The notes beneath the pieces are model-generated. The model did not search any database. It worked only from the letters and a program-made list of their open reading frames with translations, and was not told where the DNA came from. The position numbers were made by a program, and so were the translations under genes. A DNA stretch of 64,000 nt from Bifidobacteriaceae bacterium (GTDB lineage Bacteria; Actinomycetota; Actinomycetes; Actinomycetales; WQXJ01), in assembly GCA_031278655.1 (NCBI GenBank), contig JAITJZ010000036.1, forward strand, positions 1,614 through 65,613, read 5' to 3'. Below are positions 23,650 to 34,118 of the stretch, piece after piece (position 1 is the stretch's first letter; every line of letters starts with the position of its first letter).

Positions 23650-23930
23650 CCGTCTAGCGGCGCGCTCACGGCGACTCGATCACGTTCGTGGCGCAGATGA
23701 TCTTACGGATCCCCCACGTCCCACGCCCAGAACGGCGGTGTGCCCCTCCCAGGCCGCCTCCCACAATTTGACCACCGCCGGGTACTTCTTGCCCCACGCC
23801 TCGCCGAACTCCAGCCACCGATCCGCGAGGCGTAGTCCACGTGGCCGGCCCAAAGAATCGTCGCCCCGGCCACGCACCCCGGCTCGGCGATGGTCTTCAA
23901 GGCCGGCGTGCCATCTGCCTGGGCGTCCCC
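23650..23930 (-). pseudogene. IS256-family transposase relic
   Basis: Across two frameshifts: WLEFGEAWGKKYPAVVKLWEAAWE / PFWAWDV / IRKIICATNVIES, then stops; resembles the IS256 W..KYP....W...IRK.I.TTN.IES segment. Confidence 0.8.
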
Positions 23931-24032
23931 GCCACCTGAATTCGGCGGCGACGCCGCCGGGGAGGTTGTCGCCTGGCCAGGCGGCGCGGCGGCGGGGCCG
24001 AAGGCTCCAGAGCCCGGCGCCCGCGCGCTGGG

Positions 24033-24106
24033 TGGGCCCAGAGGGACTTGAACCCCCGACATCCACGGTGTAAACGTGGCGCTCTGACCAACTGAGCTAT
24101 GGGCCC
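24033..24106 (-). tRNA. tRNA-Val(TAC)
   Basis: GGGCCCA/TGGGCCC acceptor stem, CCACG-TT-TAC-AC-CGTGG anticodon arm, GGTTCAAGTCC T-loop. Confidence 0.96.
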
Positions 24107-24196
24107 GCGATGGCGCCGAGGCCGGCCCGCGGCGGCGCCCAGTTTACCGGAGACCAGGCCACACGGCCGGGGCGGCCAAGACCCGGGGCGGCGGCG

Positions 24197-25294
24197 TCAG
24201 GGGCAATCCCAGGAGTAGAGCACGCGCGAGAAATCGCGCGCCGCCAGGCGTTCCGGTTCGATGAAGAACCCGGCGGCGCCGCCCTCGCCCCAGACGATCC
24301 CGGCGGACTCGTCGGAGTCGAGTTGGAGCAGGAGGGTGGTGAAGCGCGACAGGTGATGGCCGACCCTTGGATCGCTGAGCGGCAGGCGCGGGTAACCGCC
24401 GAGCCGGTGGCCCTTGGAGGCGAAGGCCAGGCGCAGGTCGACCGACCCGCCGCGGCGCAGGCGTTCGGCGACGTCGGCGCCCTCGTCGCTGGCCAGGAAA
24501 CGGGCGAAGGCGGACTCGAAGCGGAAATCGCCCGGCGGCATCGGCTGGCTGGCGGCGCGGCCGGTCAGGCGCACCCCGCCGGCCACGCTGAACGGCACGT
24601 CCATATATTCGACGGCTCGGCTCAAGTCGGGCCGGGCCCCGGACGGGGGCGCCGCCGCCGAGACGGCCCCGGTCGGCAGGTCGGGATGGTATAGCACCAG
24701 GTGGCCGGGCCCGCCGACGGGGTCGCGGTAGTCCATGCCGTGAGTGTCGTCGCCGCTGATGAAGAATTGCAGCAGGCCGCGCGCCGGGAATCCGGCCAGC
24801 GGCGGCAATTGGCCGAAGTTCAGCTGCGCCAACAGGAACAAATCGGGCCCGTTCGCGCCCAGCGTGGGCCAGGCCTGGCCAGGCGGCAGATACGGCTCGC
24901 CGCCGATCTTCGAGTCAAGCGGCCCGGCGGCGCCGCCTTCCGGCCTCAGCTCCACCGACGCCTGACCGCTGGCGGCGGACCAGGCGGAACGCAGGTCGGC
25001 GACGAGGTTCGACCCGGCATTGGCGCGGACGGCGGTGCGGCGCCGGGCGGCGGGCGGGGTGGCGGGCGTGGCGGCGGGCGCTGGGGCAGGCGGGGCCGGC
25101 GGGGCAGGCGGGGCGCCAGGCGAGGAGCCAGACGGCACGGCGGGCGCCGGGAAGGCCGGGGACGCTCCCGGACCGGTTGGGCCGGCCGCGGCCCGCGCGC
25201 CGACGCTCGCCGACGCGCCGCCGGGCGCGCGCGAACCGGTCGCGCCGGCGCCGAACAGCCGACCCAGAAAGCTCACGATGCCGTCTGCCTCCAT
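24197..25294 (-). CDS. YwqG/DUF1963 family protein with Pro/Ala-rich N-terminus
   Basis: SKIGGEPYLP, LLAQLNF..LP, GLLQFFI, HRLGGYP, LLLQLDSD...WG.GG...FFI...DFSRVLYSWDC. Confidence 0.85.
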   Translation of the reverse strand: MEADGIVSFLGRLFGAGATGSRAPGGASASVGARAAAGPTGPGASPAFPAPAVPSGSSPGAPPAPPAPPAPAPAATPATPPAARRRTAVRANAGSNLVADLRSAWSAASGQASVELRPEGGAAGPLDSKIGGEPYLPPGQAWPTLGANGPDLFLLAQLNFGQLPPLAGFPARGLLQFFISGDDTHGMDYRDPVGGPGHLVLYHPDLPTGAVSAAAPPSGARPDLSRAVEYMDVPFSVAGGVRLTGRAASQPMPPGDFRFESAFARFLASDEGADVAERLRRGGSVDLRLAFASKGHRLGGYPRLPLSDPRVGHHLSRFTTLLLQLDSDESAGIVWGEGGAAGFFIEPERLAARDFSRVLYSWDCP

Positions 25295-25390
25295 TTCGTC
25301 TCGGGCGCGGCCGGGCGCAGGGCCAGGTCAGGCCCAGGCCGCCGCCGCTTCAGGCAAGGCTAGTCACCGATTGTGGACTCGGCTAGACGA

Positions 25391-26551
25391 TTACCGACTT
25401 GTTAACGCGCGCACCACGAGGTCCGCCAGCAGCCGCCCACGCCTGGTCAAGACGACGCCGCCGCCCGCGCCGGCCCGGTCCGCGCCCGGGCCGGCGGCGA
25501 CGCGGACCAACCCATCGGCGACCAGCTGCGGCACCGCCGCCAAGCCGTCAGGGCTGAGGGCCGCGAGTTCGAGCCCGGCGGCGGTCCTCAGGCGCAACAT
25601 CACCCGCTCCAACTGGGACGCCGCCGCGTCAAGGGTCTCCCCGCCCGCCCGGGGCAGGCGCCCGGCAGCGATCGTCCGCCCGTACACGGCCGGCGACTTG
25701 ACATTCCAAAACCGCCTGGCGCCGATGCTCGAATGGGCGCCAGGACCGATCCCCAACCAGTCGGCGCCCGTCCAGTAGCCCAGATTGTGCCGCGACTCAT
25801 GCCCGGGACGGGCCCAGTTCGAGATCTCATACCAGCTCAGGCCGCCGCCAGTGAGCAATTCGTCGGCCAACTCGTATTTGTCGGCCTGATCGTCCGGGTC
25901 GATCGGCCCCAACTCCCCCGCCCGGACGCGCCGCGCCATCGGCGTGTGCGGCTCCAGCGTCAAGGCGTAGGCGCTGATGTGGTCCACTCCCAGGGCCAGC
26001 GCCGCCCGCACCGAGGCCTCCCAATCCGCCAGCGACTCCCCCGGCGTCCCATAAATCAGGTCCACCGACGCCTCCAGGCCCGCCCGCCCGGCCGCCGCCA
26101 CCACCAGCGCCACCCGCTCCGGGTCGTGGGTGCGGTCCAGCCGCGCCAGGACCTGCGGCAGCGCCGACTGCATGCCGAAGGAGACGCGGTTGAAGCCCCC
26201 GGCCGCCAACTCGGCCAGGCCCCCCTCGTCGATCGAGTCGGGGTTGGCCTCGGCCGTGACCTCCGCGCCGGGCGCGACGCCGAAAACCCTCCTGACGGCA
26301 TCGTACAATTTCACTAATGTGGCGGGGCCCAACAGCGTGGGCGTCCCTCCCCCGAAGAACACCGACGATGCCGTCCGCCCAGCCTGGCGCGTCCGGTCCA
26401 GTTCCGCCGCGGCCAGTTCCAGCTCTTTGACGGCCTGCCGGGCGAAGGCGGCGCGCGCCTGCGGGCCAGCCACATAGGTGTTGAAGTCGCAATACCCGCA
26501 GCGCCGCGCGCAGAACGGCACATGAACATAGACCGCGAAGGGAACCGGCAC
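25391..26551 (-). CDS. hemW: Radical SAM heme chaperone HemW
   Basis: YVHVPFCARRCGYCDF, FGGGTP, YEISNW, HNLGYW; directly downstream of lepA. Confidence 0.93.
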   Translation of the reverse strand: MPVPFAVYVHVPFCARRCGYCDFNTYVAGPQARAAFARQAVKELELAAAELDRTRQAGRTASSVFFGGGTPTLLGPATLVKLYDAVRRVFGVAPGAEVTAEANPDSIDEGGLAELAAGGFNRVSFGMQSALPQVLARLDRTHDPERVALVVAAAGRAGLEASVDLIYGTPGESLADWEASVRAALALGVDHISAYALTLEPHTPMARRVRAGELGPIDPDDQADKYELADELLTGGGLSWYEISNWARPGHESRHNLGYWTGADWLGIGPGAHSSIGARRFWNVKSPAVYGRTIAAGRLPRAGGETLDAAASQLERVMLRLRTAAGLELAALSPDGLAAVPQLVADGLVRVAAGPGADRAGAGGGVVLTRRGRLLADLVVRALTSR

Positions 26552-26570
26552 CGCCTCAGTCTCCCACGCG

Positions 26571-26608
26571 GCCGCTCACTTCGCGCCGCTCACTTCGCGC
26601 CGCTCACT
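26571..26608. repeat. 14-bp tandem triplication containing the lepA stop codon
   Basis: GCCGCTCACT(TCGC) at 26571, 26585 and 26599. Confidence 0.9.
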
Positions 26609-28418
26609 CGGCGTCCGAAGCCAGGGCGGCGATGAAGGCTTCTTGCGGAATCTCGACCCGGCCGACCATTTTCATCCGCTTCTTGCCCTCTTTCTGCTTC
26701 TCCAGCAGTTTGCGTTTGCGGGTGATATCGCCGCCGTAGCATTTGGCCAGCACGTCTTTGCGCAAAGCGCGGACATTCTCGCGCGCGATCACCCGCGCGC
26801 CTATGGCCGCCTGGATCGGGACCTCGAATTGCTGGCGGGGAATCAGCTTCCGCAATCGGTTAGCCATCATGACGCCGTAGGCGTAAGCCTTGTCTTTGTG
26901 CACAATGGCGGAGAAAGCGTCGACCGGCTCGCCTTGGAGCAGAATGTCGACTTTCACCAGATCGGCCTCGGCCGAGCCGTCCGGCTCATAATCCAGCGAG
27001 GCATAACCCTTGGTCCGCGATTTCAATTGGTCGAAAAAGTCAAACACGATTTCCGCCAACGGCAGGATGTAACGCAATTCGAGGCGGTCCTCAGACAGGT
27101 AATCCATGCCCAGCATGGTTCCGCGCCGCGACTGGCACAGGTCCATGATCGCGCCGGTGAACTGGCTCGGGGACAAGATGGTGGCCCGCACAACCGGTTC
27201 GCGCACCGATGCGACCTTGCCGGAGGGGAATTCCGAGGGGTTGGTCACCTGATGGCGCGAGCCGTCGTCCAGACTGACCTCATAAACCACGTTCGGCGCG
27301 GTCGAAATCAGGTCCAGCCCGAACTCCCTTTCCAAGCGCTCGCGAATGATCTCAAGGTGCAGCAGCCCCAAGAAACCGCAACGAAAACCAAACCCGAGCG
27401 CGGCGGAGGTCTCCGGCTCGTAGGTCAGCGCGGCATCGTTCAGCTTTAGTTTGTCCAAAGCGTCCCGCAAAGCCGTGTAATCCGACCCGTCGATCGGATA
27501 AAGCCCCGAAAAGACCATCGGTTTGGGGTCGCGGTAACCGGCCAGCGGCTGCGAGGCCGGGTGGGCCGCGCCTGTGATGGTGTCCCCGACCCGCGACTGG
27601 CGCACGTCCTTGACGCCGGTGATCAGGTAACCGACCTCGCCCACGCCCAGCCCCGGACGCGGACTCGGCTCGGGCGAGATGACGCCGATCTCCAGCAGTT
27701 CGTGGCTGGCCTTGGTCGACATCATGGCGATGCGCTCGCGGGCGCCGAGGTGGCCGTCCACCACCCGCACATAGGTGACCACGCCCCGGTAGGTGTCGTA
27801 AACGGAGTCGAAGATGAGGGCGCGGGCAGGCGCTTCCGGGTCGCCGGCCGGGGGCGTCACCCGGCGCACGATGCCGTCTAGCAGCTCCTCGACGCCTTCC
27901 CCGGTTTTGCCGGAGACGCGCAGGCAGTCGCTGGGGTCGCCGCCGATCAGCCGCGCCAGCTCTTCGGCGTACTTGTCGGGCTGGGCGGCGGGCAGGTCGA
28001 TCTTGTTCAGGACCGGGATGATGTCGAGGTCGCCCTCCAAGGCCATGTACAGATTGGCGAGCGTTTGCGCCTCGATCCCCTGGGCGGCGTCGACCAAGAG
28101 CACGGCGCCCTCGCAGGCCGCCAAGGAGCGCGAGACCTCGTAGGAGAAGTCGACGTGGCCGGGGGTGTCGATCATGTTGAGGGTGTGTTCGCGGCCGCCC
28201 ACCGTCCACGGCAGGCGCACCGCCTGAGACTTGATGGTGATGCCGCGCTCGCGCTCGATGTCCATGCGGTCGAGGTACTGATCCCGCATGGCGCGCTGGT
28301 CCACCACCCCTGTTTTCAGGAGCATGCGGTCGGCCAGGGTCGACTTGCCGTGGTCGATGTGCGCAATGATGCAGAAGTTGCGGATCAACTCCGGATCAGT
28401 GCTATCGGTGCTCGGCAC
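26604..28418 (-). CDS. lepA: Elongation factor 4
   Basis: [35 protein letters not shown]. Confidence 0.98.
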   Translation of the reverse strand: MPSTDSTDPELIRNFCIIAHIDHGKSTLADRMLLKTGVVDQRAMRDQYLDRMDIERERGITIKSQAVRLPWTVGGREHTLNMIDTPGHVDFSYEVSRSLAACEGAVLLVDAAQGIEAQTLANLYMALEGDLDIIPVLNKIDLPAAQPDKYAEELARLIGGDPSDCLRVSGKTGEGVEELLDGIVRRVTPPAGDPEAPARALIFDSVYDTYRGVVTYVRVVDGHLGARERIAMMSTKASHELLEIGVISPEPSPRPGLGVGEVGYLITGVKDVRQSRVGDTITGAAHPASQPLAGYRDPKPMVFSGLYPIDGSDYTALRDALDKLKLNDAALTYEPETSAALGFGFRCGFLGLLHLEIIRERLEREFGLDLISTAPNVVYEVSLDDGSRHQVTNPSEFPSGKVASVREPVVRATILSPSQFTGAIMDLCQSRRGTMLGMDYLSEDRLELRYILPLAEIVFDFFDQLKSRTKGYASLDYEPDGSAEADLVKVDILLQGEPVDAFSAIVHKDKAYAYGVMMANRLRKLIPRQQFEVPIQAAIGARVIARENVRALRKDVLAKCYGGDITRKRKLLEKQKEGKKRMKMVGRVEIPQEAFIAALASDAE

Positions 28419-28456
28419 AAGGCGCAATCATACTGGGCCGCCCGGGCGGGCGCGGA

Positions 28457-29044
28457 TCAGCTAGCCGCCATCGAGCCGAGCGTCTCACCGATCGGCCGCG
28501 ACCCGTCCCATTGGAAGGCGCGCTGGTGGCGTCCGCCCAACAGGACCGTGGGCGTGCCCTGGAGTCCGAGGTCGATGGCCGCCTGGGTGTTGCCGGTGGC
28601 GCTGGCCAGGAAGGCGTCATCGGCGAAGGTCCGGGTGACGGCCGGCTCGATGCCGATCGAATGGCCCAGGTTCTCCAACTCCGCTTCGGAGAGGCCAGGG
28701 CTGCCCTCGGCGGGTTGGTGGGCGAACAACGCGTTGTTGAAATCCCCGAATTTGTCCGGCGCGCCGGCTGCGACCGCATAGGCGGCGGCGGCGGATCGCG
28801 TCGAATAGAGCGTGCCCCTCGACAGCCGGTCGAGGATCGCCACCGGATGCATCACCAAGGCGGTGACGCCGCGGTCGACCAGTTGTTGAATCTCGGCCGC
28901 GTTGTCTTTCTCAAAACGCCGGCAATATGGGCACATGTAGTCCACAAAGATGTCGATCTGGGTGGGCGGACGCAAAGCTTCGTCGTCGATGCTGGCGACA
29001 GCTTTGCCGCCGGGACCAACCACGATCCCCGGGATGTTGATCAA
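28457..29044 (-). CDS. DsbA-like thioredoxin-fold protein
   Basis: DYMCPYC active site, GTPT cis-Pro loop; AGGAGGA 7 nt before the TTG start. Confidence 0.88.
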   Translation of the reverse strand: MINIPGIVVGPGGKAVASIDDEALRPPTQIDIFVDYMCPYCRRFEKDNAAEIQQLVDRGVTALVMHPVAILDRLSRGTLYSTRSAAAAYAVAAGAPDKFGDFNNALFAHQPAEGSPGLSEAELENLGHSIGIEPAVTRTFADDAFLASATGNTQAAIDLGLQGTPTVLLGGRHQRAFQWDGSRPIGETLGSMAAS

Positions 29045-29248
29045 GCTTCATTCCTCCTGTCGGGCGTTGAGCCCGCCGGCCGGCGGGCCTCAATCCAGAC
29101 TAGGCCAAGCCGGCGCCACCCGGGCGCCGGGCGCCGATTGGGTCCCAACATCTGAGAGCCTGATAAACTGTGCGGTCGGCCCTGCCCAGACATCTGTCAA
29201 GGCGCGCCGCCAGGCGCGAGACCATAGACCATAAGGAAGACATCAGAC

Positions 29249-29512
29249 GTGGCAAATATCAAGTCGCAGATCAAGCGCAACCGCCAGAACGAGAAGCGCC
29301 GCCTGCGCAACAAGGCGGTCAAGTCCGAACTCAAGACCTACGTCCGGCGCACCCGCGAGGCGATCGCCGCCGGCGACAAGGACGCGGCCGCCGAGGCGTT
29401 GCGCACCGCCACGCGCAAATTGGACAAGGCGGCGGCCAAAGGTGTGATCCACAAGAACCAGGCCGCCAACCGCAAGTCGGCCCTGGCCACGCGGGTCGCC
29501 GCCCTCAACTGA
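29249..29512 (+). CDS. rpsT: 30S ribosomal protein S20
   Basis: [23 protein letters not shown]. Confidence 0.98.
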   Translation: MANIKSQIKRNRQNEKRRLRNKAVKSELKTYVRRTREAIAAGDKDAAAEALRTATRKLDKAAAKGVIHKNQAANRKSALATRVAALN

Positions 29513-29570
29513 TCAGAGCGGTCCCGGCGGGTCGGCCGAAGATTCTGGGGGGCCGATTGAGTGTTTTCCG

Positions 29571-30581
29571 TCAGGTCTTGGAGGCCCGCGCCACAGCGAT
29601 GATGGCCCGTTCCACGGCATAATGCCGGGCGGTCTTGGAGCTGGCCCCGCCTAGCCCCTTGACTTGGGCGTCAGCTTGGGCCACAGCCAGGATGGCGCGG
29701 CCAAGGCCGGCGCCGTCCCAGTTCCGCAGCGCCCGCCGCGCCTGATCGACCTGCCAACTGGCCATGCCCAGGTCCTTGGCCGGGTTTAGACCCGCCGCCA
29801 GCGCCCCGCCCACCTTGGCCAACGTCCGCAAGCGACCCGCCAGGGCGCCGATCATAGGCACCGGATCAATCCCGGCGCCCAAGGCGTGCCGAGCCAAACG
29901 CAAGGCTTGCCCGGCCTGCCCGGACACGGCGGCATCGGCCACCTTGAAGGAGGTCGTCTCCAAACGTCCGCCGTAGTAGCGGTCCACCACCTCGGCCGTC
30001 ACCGGGCCGGTCGTGTCAGCCATCAGCTGATGGGCCGCCGAGGCCAGTTCCCGCAGGTCAGAACCGACCGCCTCGACCAAGCCGCGGATCGCCCGCTCGT
30101 CAACGCCGCGCGCCTCACGCCTGAACTCGGCCTTGGCGAAGGCCTCCTTGTCGCGGTCCGAACGGATGACGCTGGCGTCCGCCTCGGCGGCCCGGGCAGC
30201 GCGCAAGGCGTCCAAGAGCTTCTTGGCGCCGCGACCGCCGGCGTGGCGGAACACCACCATGGCGTCAGGGCTGGGCGCGGCGACGTAGGCCAGGGCGCCA
30301 TCCAAGAAGTCGGCGTTGGCCTTCTCGGCTTGGGCCACCACCACCACGGTGTAATCGGCGAACAGCGAGCCGCTGGCGGCGTTGGCGATGGCGTCACGGT
30401 CCGCCTCGGCGGCGTCGAGTCGCGCGAAGTCAAGGTCGGGGTGTTCCTCGCGGGCGAGGCGCCCCAGGCGCTCAACAGCCCGGTCGGCCAGCAAATCCTC
30501 GCCGCCAAGGACCAAGACCAAGCGGTCCGGCTCGATCCGGTTCCACGGCATCGCAGCCGCGGGCCGCCTCGTCTCTGCCAT
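29571..30581 (-). CDS. holA: DNA polymerase III delta subunit
   Basis: SLF clamp-binding motif, AVGSDLRELA, ADAQVKG; convergent with rpsT as is usual. Confidence 0.92.
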   Translation of the reverse strand: MAETRRPAAAMPWNRIEPDRLVLVLGGEDLLADRAVERLGRLAREEHPDLDFARLDAAEADRDAIANAASGSLFADYTVVVVAQAEKANADFLDGALAYVAAPSPDAMVVFRHAGGRGAKKLLDALRAARAAEADASVIRSDRDKEAFAKAEFRREARGVDERAIRGLVEAVGSDLRELASAAHQLMADTTGPVTAEVVDRYYGGRLETTSFKVADAAVSGQAGQALRLARHALGAGIDPVPMIGALAGRLRTLAKVGGALAAGLNPAKDLGMASWQVDQARRALRNWDGAGLGRAILAVAQADAQVKGLGGASSKTARHYAVERAIIAVARASKT

Positions 30582-30649
30582 GTGTCAAGTTTGCCACGCC
30601 CCACCGACAGCCCGGCCGCCGCGGCGGCAAGGCGGCAAGGCGGCAAGGG

Positions 30650-31813
30650 TCAGGCGGCGGGCGGGCGGCGCGAGCGGGCCTGGGTCGCCAACTCGTCGCG
30701 GTGGACGGCCGGCTGAACCCGGTCCTCGCCCAACAGGGCGCCGATCTGGGCTTGGCTCAGCCCCTTGACCCGGTCCAGGTCGCGGGCCGAGAAGCGGGCC
30801 AAGCCCCTGGCCAAGACCAGCCCCTCGCCGGAGCGGATCTCAACCGGCTCCCCGGCTTCGAAGTCCCCTGACACCGCCGTCACCCCGACCGCCAAGAGCG
30901 ACTTCTGCCGGTCGCTGATGGCTCGGGCGGCGCCATCGTCCACCGTCAGGACGCCAGCCATCGACGCGGCGTAACCCAGCCACATCCTCCGGGCGGTCAG
31001 GCGCCGCCCGGTGGCGTGGAAGAACGTGCCGACGCCCGGGTCGCCGCGCAGGGCCGCCCGGGCCTGGGCCGCGCCCGCCAACAGCACCGGAATCCCCGAC
31101 GATGACGCCATCGCCGCCGCCTGCACCTTGGTCAGCATCCCGCCGGTGCCGATCATCGAGCCGCGCCCGGTCACCTCCAGGCCGTCCAACTGCCCCGAGC
31201 CCGTCACCTCGCGGATCGGCGCGGCGCCGGGGCGGGACGGCGGCGCGTCGTACAAGGCGTCCACGTCGGTCAGCATGACCAGGCCGTCGGCCCGCACCAA
31301 GTGCGCCACCAGGGCGGCCAGGCGGTCGTTGTCGCCGAAGCGGAGTTCGTCGGTGGCGACCGCGTCGTTCTCGTTGACGATCGGCACGATGCCGCGGTGC
31401 AGCAATTCGCCCAGCACCCGCAGGGCGTTGCGGTAGTGGGAGCGGCGGATGGTGTCCTCGGCCGTCAACAAGACCTGGCCGACGGTCAGACGATGCGCGG
31501 CGAAGGCCTCGGTGTAGGCCGCCATCAGGCGGCCTTGGCCAACGCTGGCCGCCGCCTGGCCCTGGGCCAGGCCGCTGGGGCGGCGACGCAGCCCCAAGGC
31601 CGCCAGGCCGGCCGCTTGCGCCCCGGAGGAGACCAGCACCACTTCGTGACCGCCGCCGATGTGCTCGGCGACGGCGTCGACCACCTCGCCGAGGCGCGCC
31701 GGGCTGAACCGCCCCGCCTGGTCGACCAGCGACGAGGAACCGACCTTGACCACGATCCGGCGCCGAGCCACCAACTCGGCCCGGCTGGCGGCGGCGGCTG
31801 GCACGGACGTCAT
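30650..31813 (-). CDS. proB: Glutamate 5-kinase
   Basis: [32 protein letters not shown] domain. Confidence 0.97.
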   Translation of the reverse strand: MTSVPAAAASRAELVARRRIVVKVGSSSLVDQAGRFSPARLGEVVDAVAEHIGGGHEVVLVSSGAQAAGLAALGLRRRPSGLAQGQAAASVGQGRLMAAYTEAFAAHRLTVGQVLLTAEDTIRRSHYRNALRVLGELLHRGIVPIVNENDAVATDELRFGDNDRLAALVAHLVRADGLVMLTDVDALYDAPPSRPGAAPIREVTGSGQLDGLEVTGRGSMIGTGGMLTKVQAAAMASSSGIPVLLAGAAQARAALRGDPGVGTFFHATGRRLTARRMWLGYAASMAGVLTVDDGAARAISDRQKSLLAVGVTAVSGDFEAGEPVEIRSGEGLVLARGLARFSARDLDRVKGLSQAQIGALLGEDRVQPAVHRDELATQARSRRPPAA

Positions 31814-33342
31814 CGGTCATCCGCCGGGTCGGTCCAACGGCCCTGCTGGCGCTCGGTCCACAGTTCCGCGCGGGCCTGGGCCTTGGCGTCCATCAACTCG
31901 CGGTACTCGCGGCGGCGCTGCTGATTCGAGCGGCGCCGGTTCGGGTTGACCCGCGCGTCGGTGCCGCGCGGACCGGCCAACAGTTCGGCGCCGGTGGCCA
32001 GCGTTGGCTCCCAGTCGAAGACCACCCCGCCGTCGCCAGGCCCGATCACCACCTCATCGCCAGCCTTGGCGCCCTGTTTGACCAGCGCGTCTTCGACCCC
32101 GGCCCGCGCCAGCCGGTCGGCCAGGTAACCGACCGCCTCGTCGTTGGCGAAATCGGTTTGGGCGACCCAACGCTCCACCTTGGGGCCGCGCACCAGAAAA
32201 CACGGCCCGGCGGGGCCCTCGCGGCGTTCCACGCTGAAGCCCGGATCCCCGGCCGCCTTTGGCCGCAGGACCACCCTCGGCCTGTCGGCCGCCTCGCTCA
32301 GGGCCGCCCGGGAACGGCCTTCGACCACCTGGCGCCCCAACTCGAAGCCGAGGGCGGCCAGCCCCCGCCGCGACACGGCGCTGACCTCCAGCACCGGCCA
32401 GCCGGTCGCCTCCAAGTCGGGGCGGACCAGCGCCGCCAATTCCTCGGCCTCGGGCACGTCGACCTTGTTCAGGGCGATCACGCGCGGGCGTTCCATCAAA
32501 GGCTGGGAGGCGCCGGTGATGCCCAGGTCCTCGGAGTACTGGGACAGTTCGCCTTCAATCGCCCGCAGGTCGCTGAGCGGGTCGCGTCCCGGCTCAAGGG
32601 TGGCCGCGTCGAGCACGTGGCAGATGACGGCCGTGCGCTCGATGTGGCGCAGGAACTCCAAGCCCAGGCCTTTGCCCTGGCCGGCGCCGGGGATCAGCCC
32701 CGGGACATCGGCGACGGTGAAGCGGATGTCGCCGGCCTCGACCACGCCGAGGTTCGGCACCAGGGTGGTGAAGGGGTAGTCGGCGATCTTTGGGCGGGCC
32801 GCCGACATGGCGGCGATCAGCGAAGACTTGCCGGCCGAGGGGAAGCCGACCAAAGCGACATCGGCGATGGTCTTGAGTTCCAGAATGACGTCGAGTTCCT
32901 CGCCGGGCACGCCCAACAGGGCGAAGCCCGGGGCCTTGCGCTTGGCGGAGGCGAGGGAGGCGTTGCCGAGGCCGCCCTTGCCGCCGGCCGCCGCCACGAA
33001 GCGGCTGCCGGCCCCGACCAGATCGGCCAGGACGCTCCCGTCCGCGGCCTTGACGACAGTCCCGTCTGGGACTTTCAGGACGCGGTCTTCGCCGCCGGCC
33101 CCGAGCCGATTGGAGCCTTCGCCGGGACGGCCGTTGTCAGCCTTTTGATGAGGCCCGCGGTGGTACCCGAGCAACGTTGTGACCTGCGGATCGACCTCGA
33201 AAATAATGCTGGCGCCGTCGCCGCCGTCACCGCCGTCCGGCCCGGCCAGGGGCTTGAACTTCTCGCGCCGGATCGACACGCAGCCGTTGCCGCCCCTCCC
33301 GGCCGTCAGATGGAGGCGGACTTGATCGACAAACTCGGCCAT
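31810..33342 (-). CDS. obgE: GTPase ObgE
   Basis: Gly-rich Obg fold, [23 protein letters not shown]. Confidence 0.98.
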   Translation of the reverse strand: MAEFVDQVRLHLTAGRGGNGCVSIRREKFKPLAGPDGGDGGDGASIIFEVDPQVTTLLGYHRGPHQKADNGRPGEGSNRLGAGGEDRVLKVPDGTVVKAADGSVLADLVGAGSRFVAAAGGKGGLGNASLASAKRKAPGFALLGVPGEELDVILELKTIADVALVGFPSAGKSSLIAAMSAARPKIADYPFTTLVPNLGVVEAGDIRFTVADVPGLIPGAGQGKGLGLEFLRHIERTAVICHVLDAATLEPGRDPLSDLRAIEGELSQYSEDLGITGASQPLMERPRVIALNKVDVPEAEELAALVRPDLEATGWPVLEVSAVSRRGLAALGFELGRQVVEGRSRAALSEAADRPRVVLRPKAAGDPGFSVERREGPAGPCFLVRGPKVERWVAQTDFANDEAVGYLADRLARAGVEDALVKQGAKAGDEVVIGPGDGGVVFDWEPTLATGAELLAGPRGTDARVNPNRRRSNQQRRREYRELMDAKAQARAELWTERQQGRWTDPADDR

Positions 33343-33417
33343 GGCGATTCCTCCACGGTTCCCACATGCCGAAAAGCTCGGCTCAACTGGCGAGCTTCAG
33401 GCCCTCGCCGCCTGCGG

Positions 33418-33669
33418 TCAGGCTTCGACCACATCGACGACGCGCCGGCCGCCCCGCGCGCCGAACTTGACATGGCCGTCCGTCAACGCGAACAGGGTGT
33501 CGTCGCCGCCCCGGCCAACCCCGTTGCCGGGGTGGAAATGCGTGCCGCGCTGGCGGACAATGATCTGCCCGGCCTTCGCCCGCTGGCCGCCGAACAGTTT
33601 CACGCCCAGCCGCTGAGCGTTCGAGTCACGGCCGTTCCTGGAGGAAGACGCGCCCTTCTTGTGTGCCAT
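33418..33669 (-). CDS. rpmA: 50S ribosomal protein L27
   Basis: [16 protein letters not shown]. Confidence 0.98.
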   Translation of the reverse strand: MAHKKGASSSRNGRDSNAQRLGVKLFGGQRAKAGQIIVRQRGTHFHPGNGVGRGGDDTLFALTDGHVKFGARGGRRVVDVVEA

Positions 33670-33690
33670 TTCGTTTCCCTTTGCTCGCCG

Positions 33691-33999
33691 CTAAGACTTG
33701 ATGCCGGTGACTTTGACCCGAGTCAGATCTTGCCGGTGGCCCTGGCGCCGGTGCTGACCGCTCTTGTTCTTATACGTGAAGATATTGATCTTCTTGCCGC
33801 GCTCGTTGCCGAGGACTTCGGCGGTGACCTTGATCTTCTTCAGCGCCTGCGGCGAACTGGTCACTTTGTCGCCGTCCACCAGCAGCACCGCCGGCAGCTC
33901 GACGGTCGCTCCGGGCGCCTCGGGGCGGCGGTCCAAGACCACCTCGTCGCCAACGCTCACCTTCTCTTGGCGCCCTGAGGCCCTGACTATCGCGTACAC
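33691..33999 (-). CDS. rplU: 50S ribosomal protein L21
   Basis: YAIVRASGRQEKV, RQGHRQDLT. Confidence 0.97.
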   Translation of the reverse strand: MYAIVRASGRQEKVSVGDEVVLDRRPEAPGATVELPAVLLVDGDKVTSSPQALKKIKVTAEVLGNERGKKINIFTYKNKSGQHRRQGHRQDLTRVKVTGIKS

Positions 34000-34118
34000 C
34001 ACGAGCTTCTCCATCCGTTGCGGCGCGGCCCAAGCCCGCCGAGGTCTCTACGAAAGATCGGCGCGCCGCCGCGTTGGTCCCGGACATCGGCCGGGCGCGG
34101 GCGCACCGACCTAATAGA

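Noticed and set aside
28911-29093. Possible frameshift at the DsbA-like gene start (ATG directly after AGGAGGA is out of frame)
   Set aside because: That ATG has no spacing from the SD, whereas the in-frame TTG is 7 nt from it, so no frameshift is needed.
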